Assembly: GCA_037446215.1 (NCBI GenBank)
Contig: JBBIJB010000068.1
Coordinates: forward strand, 1-11,747
DNA: 11,747 nucleotides
Reading direction: 5' to 3'
Origin: Armatimonadota bacterium
Lineage (GTDB): Bacteria; Sysuimicrobiota; Sysuimicrobiia; Sysuimicrobiales; Humicultoraceae
Part shown: positions 1 through 6,803 of the stretch, in pieces
How positions within the stretch are numbered: the stretch's first letter is position 1
Layout of the letters: the number at the start of each line of letters is the position of its first letter
Made by a program: the position numbers and the translations under genes
The notes under the pieces: generated by a model
What the model was told of the DNA's origin: nothing
What the model saw: the letters and a program-made list of their open reading frames with translations, nothing else
Databases searched by the model: none

Positions 1-980
1 ACGCTGCGCGAGAGCACCACGCCCGAGATCGGCGAGGTAAGCACCGCGTTGGCCCGCACCGCCAGCGCAAGCCGCAGCGCCGCCTCGGCCTGGGCGAGCG
101 CGGCCCTGGCGGCGGCGAGCTCCTGCTCCCGGGCCGCGACGAGGTCGAGCGAGGCCCTCGCGCCCGCGGCAGCCGCCTCTGCCTGGCCCGCGCCTGCCTC
201 GGCCACAGCGACGTCGCCCCTGCGGATCTTGACCTGCCGGGCGGCCGCCTCGGCGAGCGCGAGCGCGGCCCGTGCCTGCTCCACCTGCCTGGAGGCGGCG
301 GCTTCCTGGGCCGCCGCCGCGGCCTCCTGCGCGGCGAGCACCTCGACCGCCGCCTTCGCGGCATCCACTGCCTGGGCCGCTATCGCGCCCTCACGGTGCA
401 GGGCGCCTGCGCGCGCGAGGTCCCCTTCCGCCTTCCTCAGGCCGGCCCGTATCGCGGCGCGCCCGGCCGCGGCCGACTTCGACCCCGCCTCCGCGACCTC
501 CAGCGCTGCGCGGGCAGAGGCGATCTGCTGCTCGGACTGGTCCTGCTGGAGGAGCACGGCCTCCCTGGCCTGGGGCACGCGCGCATCGGCTGCGGCCTTC
601 GCCGCCTCTGCCTGGTCCACCGCCGAGGCCGACTGCCTGCGCTGCATCCGCAGCGCAACCTCGGCCTGGCCGACCCGCACGCGGGCCGCCGCGACCGCGG
701 CCTCTGCCTGGGCCACCTGCGCATCCGCCTCGCTCGTATCGAGACGGACCAGCACCGCTGCCTGCTCTACGCGGTCGCCCGAGGCGGCCAGGATCTCGCT
801 GATCCGGCCCGGCGTCTTGGAGGCGACGTAGATGCCGGTCGCCTCGATCGTGCCCGAGCCCTCGATGTAGTCGCCGTCGGCCCTGTCCCGAACGGAGAGC
901 CGAAACGCCCCGTAGGCGGCGAGCGCCAGGAGCAGGAGGATCGGGACGAGCGGAACGCGGCGGCCGTGGATCGTGACCAT
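1..980 (-). CDS. HlyD/YbhG-family periplasmic adaptor (membrane fusion protein), 3' end runs off the window
   Basis: Not in the ORF track; translated by hand from ATG at 980: MVTIHGRRVPLVPILLLLALAAYGAFRL (membrane anchor), IEGSGTIEA, VASKTPGRISEILAASGDRVEQAAVLVRLD (first lipoyl half), a long Ala/Glu/Gln coiled coil, then AVLTSPISGVVLSRS (second lipoyl half). SD TAAGGAGG overlaps the TolC stop codon. Confidence 0.9.
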   Translation of the reverse strand, partial: MVTIHGRRVPLVPILLLLALAAYGAFRLSVRDRADGDYIEGSGTIEATGIYVASKTPGRISEILAASGDRVEQAAVLVRLDTSEADAQVAQAEAAVAAARVRVGQAEVALRMQRRQSASAVDQAEAAKAAADARVPQAREAVLLQQDQSEQQIASARAALEVAEAGSKSAAAGRAAIRAGLRKAEGDLARAGALHREGAIAAQAVDAAKAAVEVLAAQEAAAAAQEAAASRQVEQARAALALAEAAARQVKIRRGDVAVAEAGAGQAEAAAAGARASLDLVAAREQELAAARAALAQAEAALRLALAVRANAVLTSPISGVVLSRS

Positions 981-990
981 GGCGCCCTCC

Positions 991-2343
991 TTACTCCACC
1001 GGCCCTCCCACCGCACGCTCGAGCTGGGCGCGCGCCAGGTTGACACCGAACAACGCCTGCATCCAGCCGGCGTGCGCCTGGGAGAGGATCGCGGCCGCTG
1101 TGACTACCTCGAGGTTGGTGGAAACCCCGGCGGCGAAGCGGACGTTGGCGATCCGAAGCCCCTCCTCGGCCTGCTCTATCGTCTTCTGGGCGGCGTCGAG
1201 CTCCTCGCGCGCCGAGCCGAAGTTCAGCAGGGCGCTGCGGACCTCGAGCTCTATCCCCTGACGCAGCTGTGCCTCGGCCGCCTTGAGCTGCTCGATCCGT
1301 GCCTCGGCCTCCTTGATCCGCTGCGCCGTGGTCCCGGCGTCGAAGAGCGTGAGCGTCGCCGCCAGCGTGACCGCCCATCCCGTCGCCAACGCGCCGGCCG
1401 TGTTGCCGTAGTTGGGGCCGGCCGCGAGGCTGACGGTAGGGCGGCTCCCGGCGCGCGCCAGCTCCATCGCGGCCTCTGCCGCGGCCAGGCGCGCCTTGTG
1501 CTCGGCCAACTCGGGCCGGGCCTCCAGCGCCCTGCGGATCAGCCCGGCGGCCTCGCTCCTGATCGGCACCACCGTCATCGCCTCGCGCGGAGCTATCGCG
1601 GTGTCCAGGGCCAGGCCCATGAGCGCGTTGAGGCCGTGGCGGGAGAGCGCCACCGAGTTGCGCGCCCTGATCAGCCCCTGGCGCGCACCCGCGAGGTTGG
1701 CCTCTGCCTGGACCTCGTCGAACTTGGGCGACGCGCCCGCGGCCACGCGCGCCTTTGCCACGCGCAGGTTCTCCTCGGCGGCGGCGACGGTGCGTGAGGC
1801 CACCTCCACGCCGCCGAAGCCGAGCAGGAGATGGTAGTAGGCAACCTTGACGTCGAAGACAAGCTGCTGCCTGGATCGCTCGAGCGCCGCCTCCGCGCCC
1901 TTCAGGCTTGCCCTGGCCAGGGCGACCTGCGACTCGATCCGCCCGCCGGTGTAGAGCGGCACCTGGTACATAAGCGACGCCGAGTAGACGTTGGGATCGG
2001 GCGGCGGCAGGGTGATCGTGATCGGGACGTCTATTCCGGGAATCGTGCCGGGAGGGATCACCATCGCGCTTCCGGCTCGCTCGTTGATCCTGGTGTAGGA
2101 GGCGGAGAGCACTACCTGCCCGCCGCGGGCGGCCTCGGCCTGGGCGAGCTGCGCCTTGGCCGCGGTCACCTCGAAGGCGGCCACACGCAGGCCGTGGTTC
2201 TGCTGCGCGGCCAGGGTGAGGGCCTCGACCATCGTGATAGGCCTCGCCGCCTGTCCCGCGGCAGGCGTTGCGGGTACGAGCAGCCCCACAACAAGGAGGG
2301 CCGCTGCTCCCAGCCCCATCGCGCGGCGCGTTGTCGTCTTCAT
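991..2343 (-). CDS. TolC/OEP-family outer-membrane efflux channel, 450 aa
   Basis: Sec-type signal peptide ending ..PATPAAG; two OEP repeats (YQVPLYTGGR..AYY and LTLFDAG..RFAAGVSTNLEV..LERAVG); SD GGAGG upstream of ATG; directly upstream of the adaptor gene. Confidence 0.92.
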   Translation of the reverse strand: MKTTTRRAMGLGAAALLVVGLLVPATPAAGQAARPITMVEALTLAAQQNHGLRVAAFEVTAAKAQLAQAEAARGGQVVLSASYTRINERAGSAMVIPPGTIPGIDVPITITLPPPDPNVYSASLMYQVPLYTGGRIESQVALARASLKGAEAALERSRQQLVFDVKVAYYHLLLGFGGVEVASRTVAAAEENLRVAKARVAAGASPKFDEVQAEANLAGARQGLIRARNSVALSRHGLNALMGLALDTAIAPREAMTVVPIRSEAAGLIRRALEARPELAEHKARLAAAEAAMELARAGSRPTVSLAAGPNYGNTAGALATGWAVTLAATLTLFDAGTTAQRIKEAEARIEQLKAAEAQLRQGIELEVRSALLNFGSAREELDAAQKTIEQAEEGLRIANVRFAAGVSTNLEVVTAAAILSQAHAGWMQALFGVNLARAQLERAVGGPVE

Positions 2344-2344
2344 A

Positions 2345-3103
2345 TCATCCTCCGTCCGTATGCTCCAGCGCCTGGCGGACCGCCTCCAGGTTCTCGGGCC
2401 GGTCGGCGTCCACGTCCAGCACCAGCTCGGGGCCGTCGAGTATCACGGCGCGCGCCTTCACGCCCGCGATCTCCTCGGCGCGCCTCTCCACCTCGGCGAT
2501 CGCCAGCCGTCCCGAGGCGAACTTCATTATGGTCGCCATGCCGAACATCTGGGCGAGCTGCCAGGGCTTCTTTCGGGCCGAGATCATCTGCTCGATGAGG
2601 GGCTTGACCCTCTCGATCACCTCGAGGGAGACCACCATCGCGCTTCCCCCACAGAACATCCCGTCTGCCAGCCTCACGTAGGTCTTGCGGGCCGTGGGGA
2701 AGCGGCGCTCTACCGCGGCCTGGGTCGCGACCGAGTAGTAGAAGTCGGCGTCGCCGGCGCACCTCGCGAGGAAGCCTTCGACCGCCTCCGCCGTCACAAG
2801 GGGAAGGTCGGAGGCAAGCGCCAGGACCTTCCCGCTGCCGCCCAGGTGTGCGGCGGCCGCCTCGATGTTTCCGACCAGCGTCTCCCGCTCCGGGACCAGC
2901 TCTATCGAGGGGTCGAGGATCTCGGCCAGCGGCTCCGTCGGACCGACAACGACCACGCGGTCGATCGCGCCGCAGTCGAGAGCCGCACGGGTGACCCTGA
3001 CCACCAGCGGGATCCCGCCTATCGCCAGGAAGGCCTTGTTGGGCAGGCCTGGGGCGAGCCGCGGCTCGGGGCCGCCTCCGGCCAGCACCACCGCGGCGGC
3101 CAC
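2345..3103 (-). CDS. MobA/IspD-like (GT-A fold) nucleotidyltransferase family protein of unknown substrate, 252 aa
   Basis: Start reassigned to GTG at 3103, overlapping the ispE stop (TAGTG), with SD GGAGGAG. Motifs VVLAGG..PRL..NKAFLAIGGIPLV, SDLPLV and C-terminal LDVD. Confidence 0.85.
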   Translation of the reverse strand: MAAAVVLAGGGPEPRLAPGLPNKAFLAIGGIPLVVRVTRAALDCGAIDRVVVVGPTEPLAEILDPSIELVPERETLVGNIEAAAAHLGGSGKVLALASDLPLVTAEAVEGFLARCAGDADFYYSVATQAAVERRFPTARKTYVRLADGMFCGGSAMVVSLEVIERVKPLIEQMISARKKPWQLAQMFGMATIMKFASGRLAIAEVERRAEEIAGVKARAVILDGPELVLDVDADRPENLEAVRQALEHTDGG

Positions 3104-3969
3104 TAGCGCTCCTCCGCGAAGGTGCGCTCGACGTGGACGTCCACGCCCTCGACCGAGGAGAGCTCCTCTGCCACGTGCCGGGCGGCCGCCTCGTTCGCCA
3201 TCAGGCCGTAGACCGTGGGACCGGTGCCGCTCATGCAGGCGCCGTAGGCCTCGCCGCGCAGCACGCGCGCCTTCAGATCGAGGATCAGCGGGTGGTGACC
3301 GGCGACGACCTCCTCGAAGACGTTGCCGAGCAGCCGTCCCAGCGCCGGCACGTCGCCGCCCCGTACCGCCTCGGAGATCATCGGGATGCTCGGCCTGTTC
3401 TCGATCGACTCGGGCTTGAGCTTCTTGTAGGCCCACTCGGTCAGCACCTGCACCCTGGGCCTGGCCAGCACCACCCAGGTAGAGGGCAGCGGGGGAAGCT
3501 TCTGCACCCTCTCGCCGCGGCCCCTGGCCAGCGCCGCGCCGCCGGTGAGGAAGAACGGGACGTCCGAGCCCAGCCGGCCGGCGAGCGCATGCAGCGCGCG
3601 TCCGTCCAGGCGCAGCTTCCAGAGCTGCGCGAGCCCCATCAGCGTCATCGCGGCGTCGGCGCTGCCACCGCCCAGGCCGGCCGCCACCGGGATCCGCTTG
3701 GAGAGCTCTATCTCGACGGGCCGCTGTACGTCGAACTGCTCGCGCAGCAGGGCCGCCGCGCGATAGACGATGTTCTCCTTGCCGGAGGGGACCGTTTCGC
3801 CGGTGGAGGTGAAGGCGATCCCTTCCCCGGCCTCCCTCAGCGTGATCTTGTCGTGAAGGGAGATGGTGTGCAGCACCGTCTCCACTTCGTGGAACCCATC
3901 GTCCCTGCGGTAGAGCACATCAAGCCCAAGGTTCACCTTCGCGTAGGCGTTGAGGTGCAGCTCCTTCAC
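3103..3969 (-). CDS. ispE: 4-(cytidine 5'-diphospho)-2-C-methyl-D-erythritol kinase, 288 aa
   Basis: AKVNLGL, IPVAAGLGGGSADAA (GHMP ATP loop), GSDVPFF, GRGE, MSGTGPT. Start reassigned to GTG at 3969 (SD GGGAGG, 8-nt spacing). Confidence 0.96.
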   Translation of the reverse strand: MKELHLNAYAKVNLGLDVLYRRDDGFHEVETVLHTISLHDKITLREAGEGIAFTSTGETVPSGKENIVYRAAALLREQFDVQRPVEIELSKRIPVAAGLGGGSADAAMTLMGLAQLWKLRLDGRALHALAGRLGSDVPFFLTGGAALARGRGERVQKLPPLPSTWVVLARPRVQVLTEWAYKKLKPESIENRPSIPMISEAVRGGDVPALGRLLGNVFEEVVAGHHPLILDLKARVLRGEAYGACMSGTGPTVYGLMANEAAARHVAEELSSVEGVDVHVERTFAEER

Positions 3970-3994
3970 TATTCCGGCCTCCCATGGTGAAGTG

Positions 3995-4020
3995 GCGGCA
4001 CCTTCAGAGTTAGGTGCCGC
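3995..4020. repeat. Perfect 9-bp inverted repeat upstream of ispE
   Basis: GCGGCACCT (3995-4003), 8-nt loop, AGGTGCCGC (4012-4020); no adjacent T-tract on either strand. Confidence 0.7.
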
Positions 4021-4056
4021 GGGCCTCAAGTCCTCTCGGGCGCGGCGCCGGCTTCG

Positions 4057-4085
4057 TTGCGCGCCGATGGGGCTTTGCGTAATAT
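4057..4085 (+). promoter_or_regulatory. Putative sigma70/sigmaA promoter of the lcp gene (leaderless geometry)
   Basis: TTGCGC (4057-4062), 17-nt spacer, TAATAT (4080-4085); the GTG start lies 6 nt after the -10 box and has no SD. Confidence 0.6.
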
Positions 4086-4091
4086 GGACCC

Positions 4092-5507
4092 GTGGATCCG
4101 GAGCGCGAGCGGGACAACCAGGAGATCGAGGCCCCGGGACGGGAGGCGGTAGGGCCGCCCGTGCCGGGCCCGGAGGCCGCGCCCCGGCGCGGCAGGCGCT
4201 GGCTGCGCTGGATAACGTGGGGCGTGCCTCTCCTGGCCCTAACCATGGGCGGGATCGCGCTCGGGCTCTACATCTATGTGCTCAGCCAGGTCACGGTGGG
4301 CACCGGCGAGGTGGCCGTCCGCGGAGGGGCGGCGGAGGCGTTCGGCTGGCCGCTGCGGCTGACCGAGCGGGTGAACATCCTCCTGATAGGCATCGACGAG
4401 ACGCTGGACAACAGGCGGAGGGTGGTGAACGTGGCGCGGGCCGACACGCTCCTTCTCGCCACCTTCGACGTCGAGCGCGATAGGATGGCAGCGCTCTCGA
4501 TACCGCGCGACACGCGGGCCGAGATCCCGCGCTTCGGGGTCCAGAAGATCAACGCCTCCTACGCCTACGGAGGGCCGCGGCTGACGATAAGGACCGTGGA
4601 GCAGCTGGTGGGCGTCGAGGTTCACTACTACGTCAAGCTGGGCGCGAACTCGTTCTCGCGCCTGATAGACGCGGTCGGTGGGGTCGAGGTCGAGGTAGAC
4701 AGGGACATGAAGTACACCGACTCGTGGGCCGGGTTCCGGGTAGACCTGAAGAAGGGCCGCCAGAAGCTTACCGGCGAGCAGGCGATGGGCTTCGTGAGGT
4801 TCCGCAGCGATCCGCTCGGCGACATAACGCGGGTGGACCGGCAGCAGAGGGTCCTGATGTCGCTGCTCGCGCAGCTGCGCCAGCCCTCGACGGCGCTCGC
4901 CGCGCCCTCCCTGCTGAAGGCGTTCGCTGAGAACACCGAGACGAACCTGACGCCCGCCCAGCTGATGACGCTCGGGTTCTTCGCCATGACCGCGGACGGC
5001 GCGCCTCTGCGCGCGATGACGCTTCCCGGGATCATAGACGAGCTCTACTACGTGCCCGACGCGGCCAAGGTCCGGGAGGTAGTGGCCGAGATGTTCTACG
5101 GGGTCACCACCGAGGAGATCGCCGGAGCGCAGATCGAGGTGGTGAACGCGAGCGGAACCTCCGGGCTGGGGCGGCAGGTAGCGGCGCGGATTGAGGCGCT
5201 CGGCTTTCGGACCATATCGGTCCGGGCCTCGGAGACGATCGAGGAGAGGACCACCGTGATCAACAGGACCCCGCGCAAGGGGTTCTCGCGGATGATCGCC
5301 CGCACGCTGGGCAAGGTCCAACTCCTGGAGGAGGAGCCGACCGAGGGTCCGGCGGTGACGGTGGTGGTGGCGCGCGATGCGGTTCGCGGGGCCTACAGGA
5401 TGGAAAAGCGTCAGCGGCCGCCTGCTGCCGAGTTAGGCCGGGCCGCTCCCGAAGGAGTACCTCCTCCCATCTCAACCAGCCACGTACCGCTGACGGTGCA
5501 AAGGTAG
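4092..5507 (+). CDS. LCP (LytR-CpsA-Psr) family glycopolymer transferase with C-terminal LytR_C domain, 471 aa
   Basis: One N-terminal TM helix; NILLIGID, RADTLLL, LSIPRDT, KINASY, FVRFR.D..GDITRVDRQQ; LytR_C motif IEVVNASGTSGLGRQVA..IEALGF. Confidence 0.93.
   Translation: MDPERERDNQEIEAPGREAVGPPVPGPEAAPRRGRRWLRWITWGVPLLALTMGGIALGLYIYVLSQVTVGTGEVAVRGGAAEAFGWPLRLTERVNILLIGIDETLDNRRRVVNVARADTLLLATFDVERDRMAALSIPRDTRAEIPRFGVQKINASYAYGGPRLTIRTVEQLVGVEVHYYVKLGANSFSRLIDAVGGVEVEVDRDMKYTDSWAGFRVDLKKGRQKLTGEQAMGFVRFRSDPLGDITRVDRQQRVLMSLLAQLRQPSTALAAPSLLKAFAENTETNLTPAQLMTLGFFAMTADGAPLRAMTLPGIIDELYYVPDAAKVREVVAEMFYGVTTEEIAGAQIEVVNASGTSGLGRQVAARIEALGFRTISVRASETIEERTTVINRTPRKGFSRMIARTLGKVQLLEEEPTEGPAVTVVVARDAVRGAYRMEKRQRPPAAELGRAAPEGVPPPISTSHVPLTVQR
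5404..5494 (-). ncRNA. Putative ~90-nt structured RNA (sRNA or attenuator), antisense to the lcp 3' end; family not recognised
   Basis: Begins 6 nt after a -10 box. 5' GUCAGCGG (5494-5487) pairs with CCGCUGAC (5417-5410); internal CUCC-UUCG-GGAG hairpin; UUUU at 5407-5404. Confidence 0.45.
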
Positions 5508-5530
5508 CACGACCCCTCGAAATCCGTCAA
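5501..5530 (-). promoter_or_regulatory. Putative sigma70/sigmaA promoter pointing into lcp in the antisense direction
   Basis: TTGACG (5530-5525), 18-nt spacer ending in extended -10 TGc, TACCTT (5506-5501). Confidence 0.6.
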
Positions 5531-5552
5531 TCCGAAACCTTTGTTCCCTCCC

Positions 5553-5570
5553 TGTGGATAGTGTGGACAG
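5553..5570. promoter_or_regulatory. Two abutting DnaA-box-like 9-mers
   Basis: TGTGGATAG-TGTGGACAG; reverse complement CTGTCCACA-CTATCCACA. Each is 1 mismatch from TTGTCCACA or TTATCCACA. Confidence 0.45.
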
Positions 5571-5573
5571 CCG

Positions 5574-6779
5574 CTAGAGACTGCGCTTGACTATCCTCGC
5601 GATCCTGGCTATCCCCTCCCGGATCTCCTGCTCGGAGGGATAGGAGAAGTTGAGCCGCATCGTGTTGGCGCCGCTGCCGTCCGCGTGGAAGGGCCTACCA
5701 GCGACGTACGCCACGCCCTCCTCGTCGACGGCGACGCGGAGCATCGCCATGGTGTCCATCCCCTCCGGCAGCCGCACCCAGAGGAAGAGGCCTCCCTCGG
5801 GGCGCGTCCAGGTGACGCCCGCCGGCATCTCCCTCGCGAGCGCCTCGACCATCACGTCGCGCTTGTGGGCGTAGAGGTCGGTCACCTGGGGAAGCCTGCG
5901 GAGCAGGTCGCCTGAGGCAAGCAGCTTCGCGGCTATCGCCTGCGTGAACGACGGGCAGCAGAGGTCCATCGACTGCTTGGCGGTGACGCACTCGGCTATG
6001 ATCCGCTCGGGGCCCGCTATCCAGCCGATCCGCAGCCCGGGCGCCAGCGTCTTGCTGAACGTGGACAGGTAGACGGTTCGCCCGCCCTTATCCATCGCCA
6101 TCACCGGCGGCGGGGCCGCTCCGGCGAAGCGCATCTCGCGATAGGGATTGTCCTCGACTATCAGGCAGTTGAACTCGGAGGCGAGGTCGAGCAGCCTCCT
6201 GCGGCGCTCGAGCGTCCACGTGATCCCCGATGGGTTCTGGAAGTCGGGCACCACGTAGAGGAACTTGGGGCGGCGGCCCTTGCGCCTCAGCCCCTTGAGG
6301 GTCTCCTCCAGCGCCGAGGTGTCCATGCCGTGGTCGTCGGCCGGGATGCCGATCATCTCCACGCCGTAGGCGCGGAAGGCCTGGAGGCCCCCGAGATAGG
6401 AGGGAAGCTCCACGACGATCGCGTCCCGGGGGTCGAGGAAGATCCTCCCCATCAGGTCCAGTGCCTGCTGGGAGCCCATCGTGATCAGGATGTTGTCGCG
6501 GCCTACCTTGATGCCGTCCTTCGCCATCCACTTGACCAGCTCGTCGCGAAGGTTGGGGTCGCCGTCGGAGGGCCCGTACTGGAGCGCCAGGCCCGCGTTG
6601 GCGGACAGGATCTGATCGACGGCCTTCCCGAGCTCGGCGACCGGGAACGTCGACGGATCAGGGAAGCCGCCGGCGAACGAGATTATGTCCTTGTGCCGCG
6701 AGAGCTTGAGCATCTCCCTAATGAGCGACCGCTCCGACCTCCGCGCGGTAGCGGAGAGGAGCGGCTCGAACTCGATCAT
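5574..6779 (-). CDS. PLP-dependent aminotransferase class I/II (LysN/aromatic multi-substrate type, no HTH), ~401 aa
   Basis: FAGGFPD, LQYG, GSQQALDL, PDFQNPSG, EDNPY, STFSKTLAPGLRIGW (PLP lysine), GGLFLW, RLNFS. ATG 6779 preferred over GTG 6791 on SD spacing. Confidence 0.92.
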   Translation of the reverse strand: MIEFEPLLSATARRSERSLIREMLKLSRHKDIISFAGGFPDPSTFPVAELGKAVDQILSANAGLALQYGPSDGDPNLRDELVKWMAKDGIKVGRDNILITMGSQQALDLMGRIFLDPRDAIVVELPSYLGGLQAFRAYGVEMIGIPADDHGMDTSALEETLKGLRRKGRRPKFLYVVPDFQNPSGITWTLERRRRLLDLASEFNCLIVEDNPYREMRFAGAAPPPVMAMDKGGRTVYLSTFSKTLAPGLRIGWIAGPERIIAECVTAKQSMDLCCPSFTQAIAAKLLASGDLLRRLPQVTDLYAHKRDVMVEALAREMPAGVTWTRPEGGLFLWVRLPEGMDTMAMLRVAVDEEGVAYVAGRPFHADGSGANTMRLNFSYPSEQEIREGIARIARIVKRSL

Positions 6780-6803
6780 CCGGGCACCCACCCTCTAGGG
6801 ACG

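Noticed and set aside
2320..2343. TRR in the TolC signal peptide as a Tat signal
   Set aside because: Lacks the xFLK part of the consensus, and TolC-type barrels use the Sec/Bam route.
3104..3436. N-terminal extension of the nucleotidyltransferase ORF
   Set aside because: Lies off-frame inside ispE; GTG 3103 has a good SD and sits right before the LAGG motif.
3995..4020. Hairpin as an intrinsic terminator
   Set aside because: Lies between divergent gene starts and has no T-tract on either strand.
4071..4080. ACGCAAAGCC on the minus strand, resembling the c-di-GMP-I riboswitch core
   Set aside because: The upstream GGCAAAC/GAAA stem and the downstream conserved elements are missing; the bases fall within the lcp promoter spacer and -10 box.
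5411..5470. 19-codon ORF MGGGTPSGAARPNSAAGGR inside the putative RNA (and the 71-aa ORF 5260-5475)
   Set aside because: No SD upstream of either start; the SD-like GGAGGAGG lies after the ATG; no recognisable peptide features.
5426..5490. Loose resemblance of the putative RNA to the ZMP/ZTP (pfl) riboswitch (GUGGCUGG..stem..GGGAGC..CGGCA)
   Set aside because: GACUG and CGYCUGGGC are not matched, there is no P1-P3 linker, and no purine or folate gene follows. A cmscan hit would overturn this.
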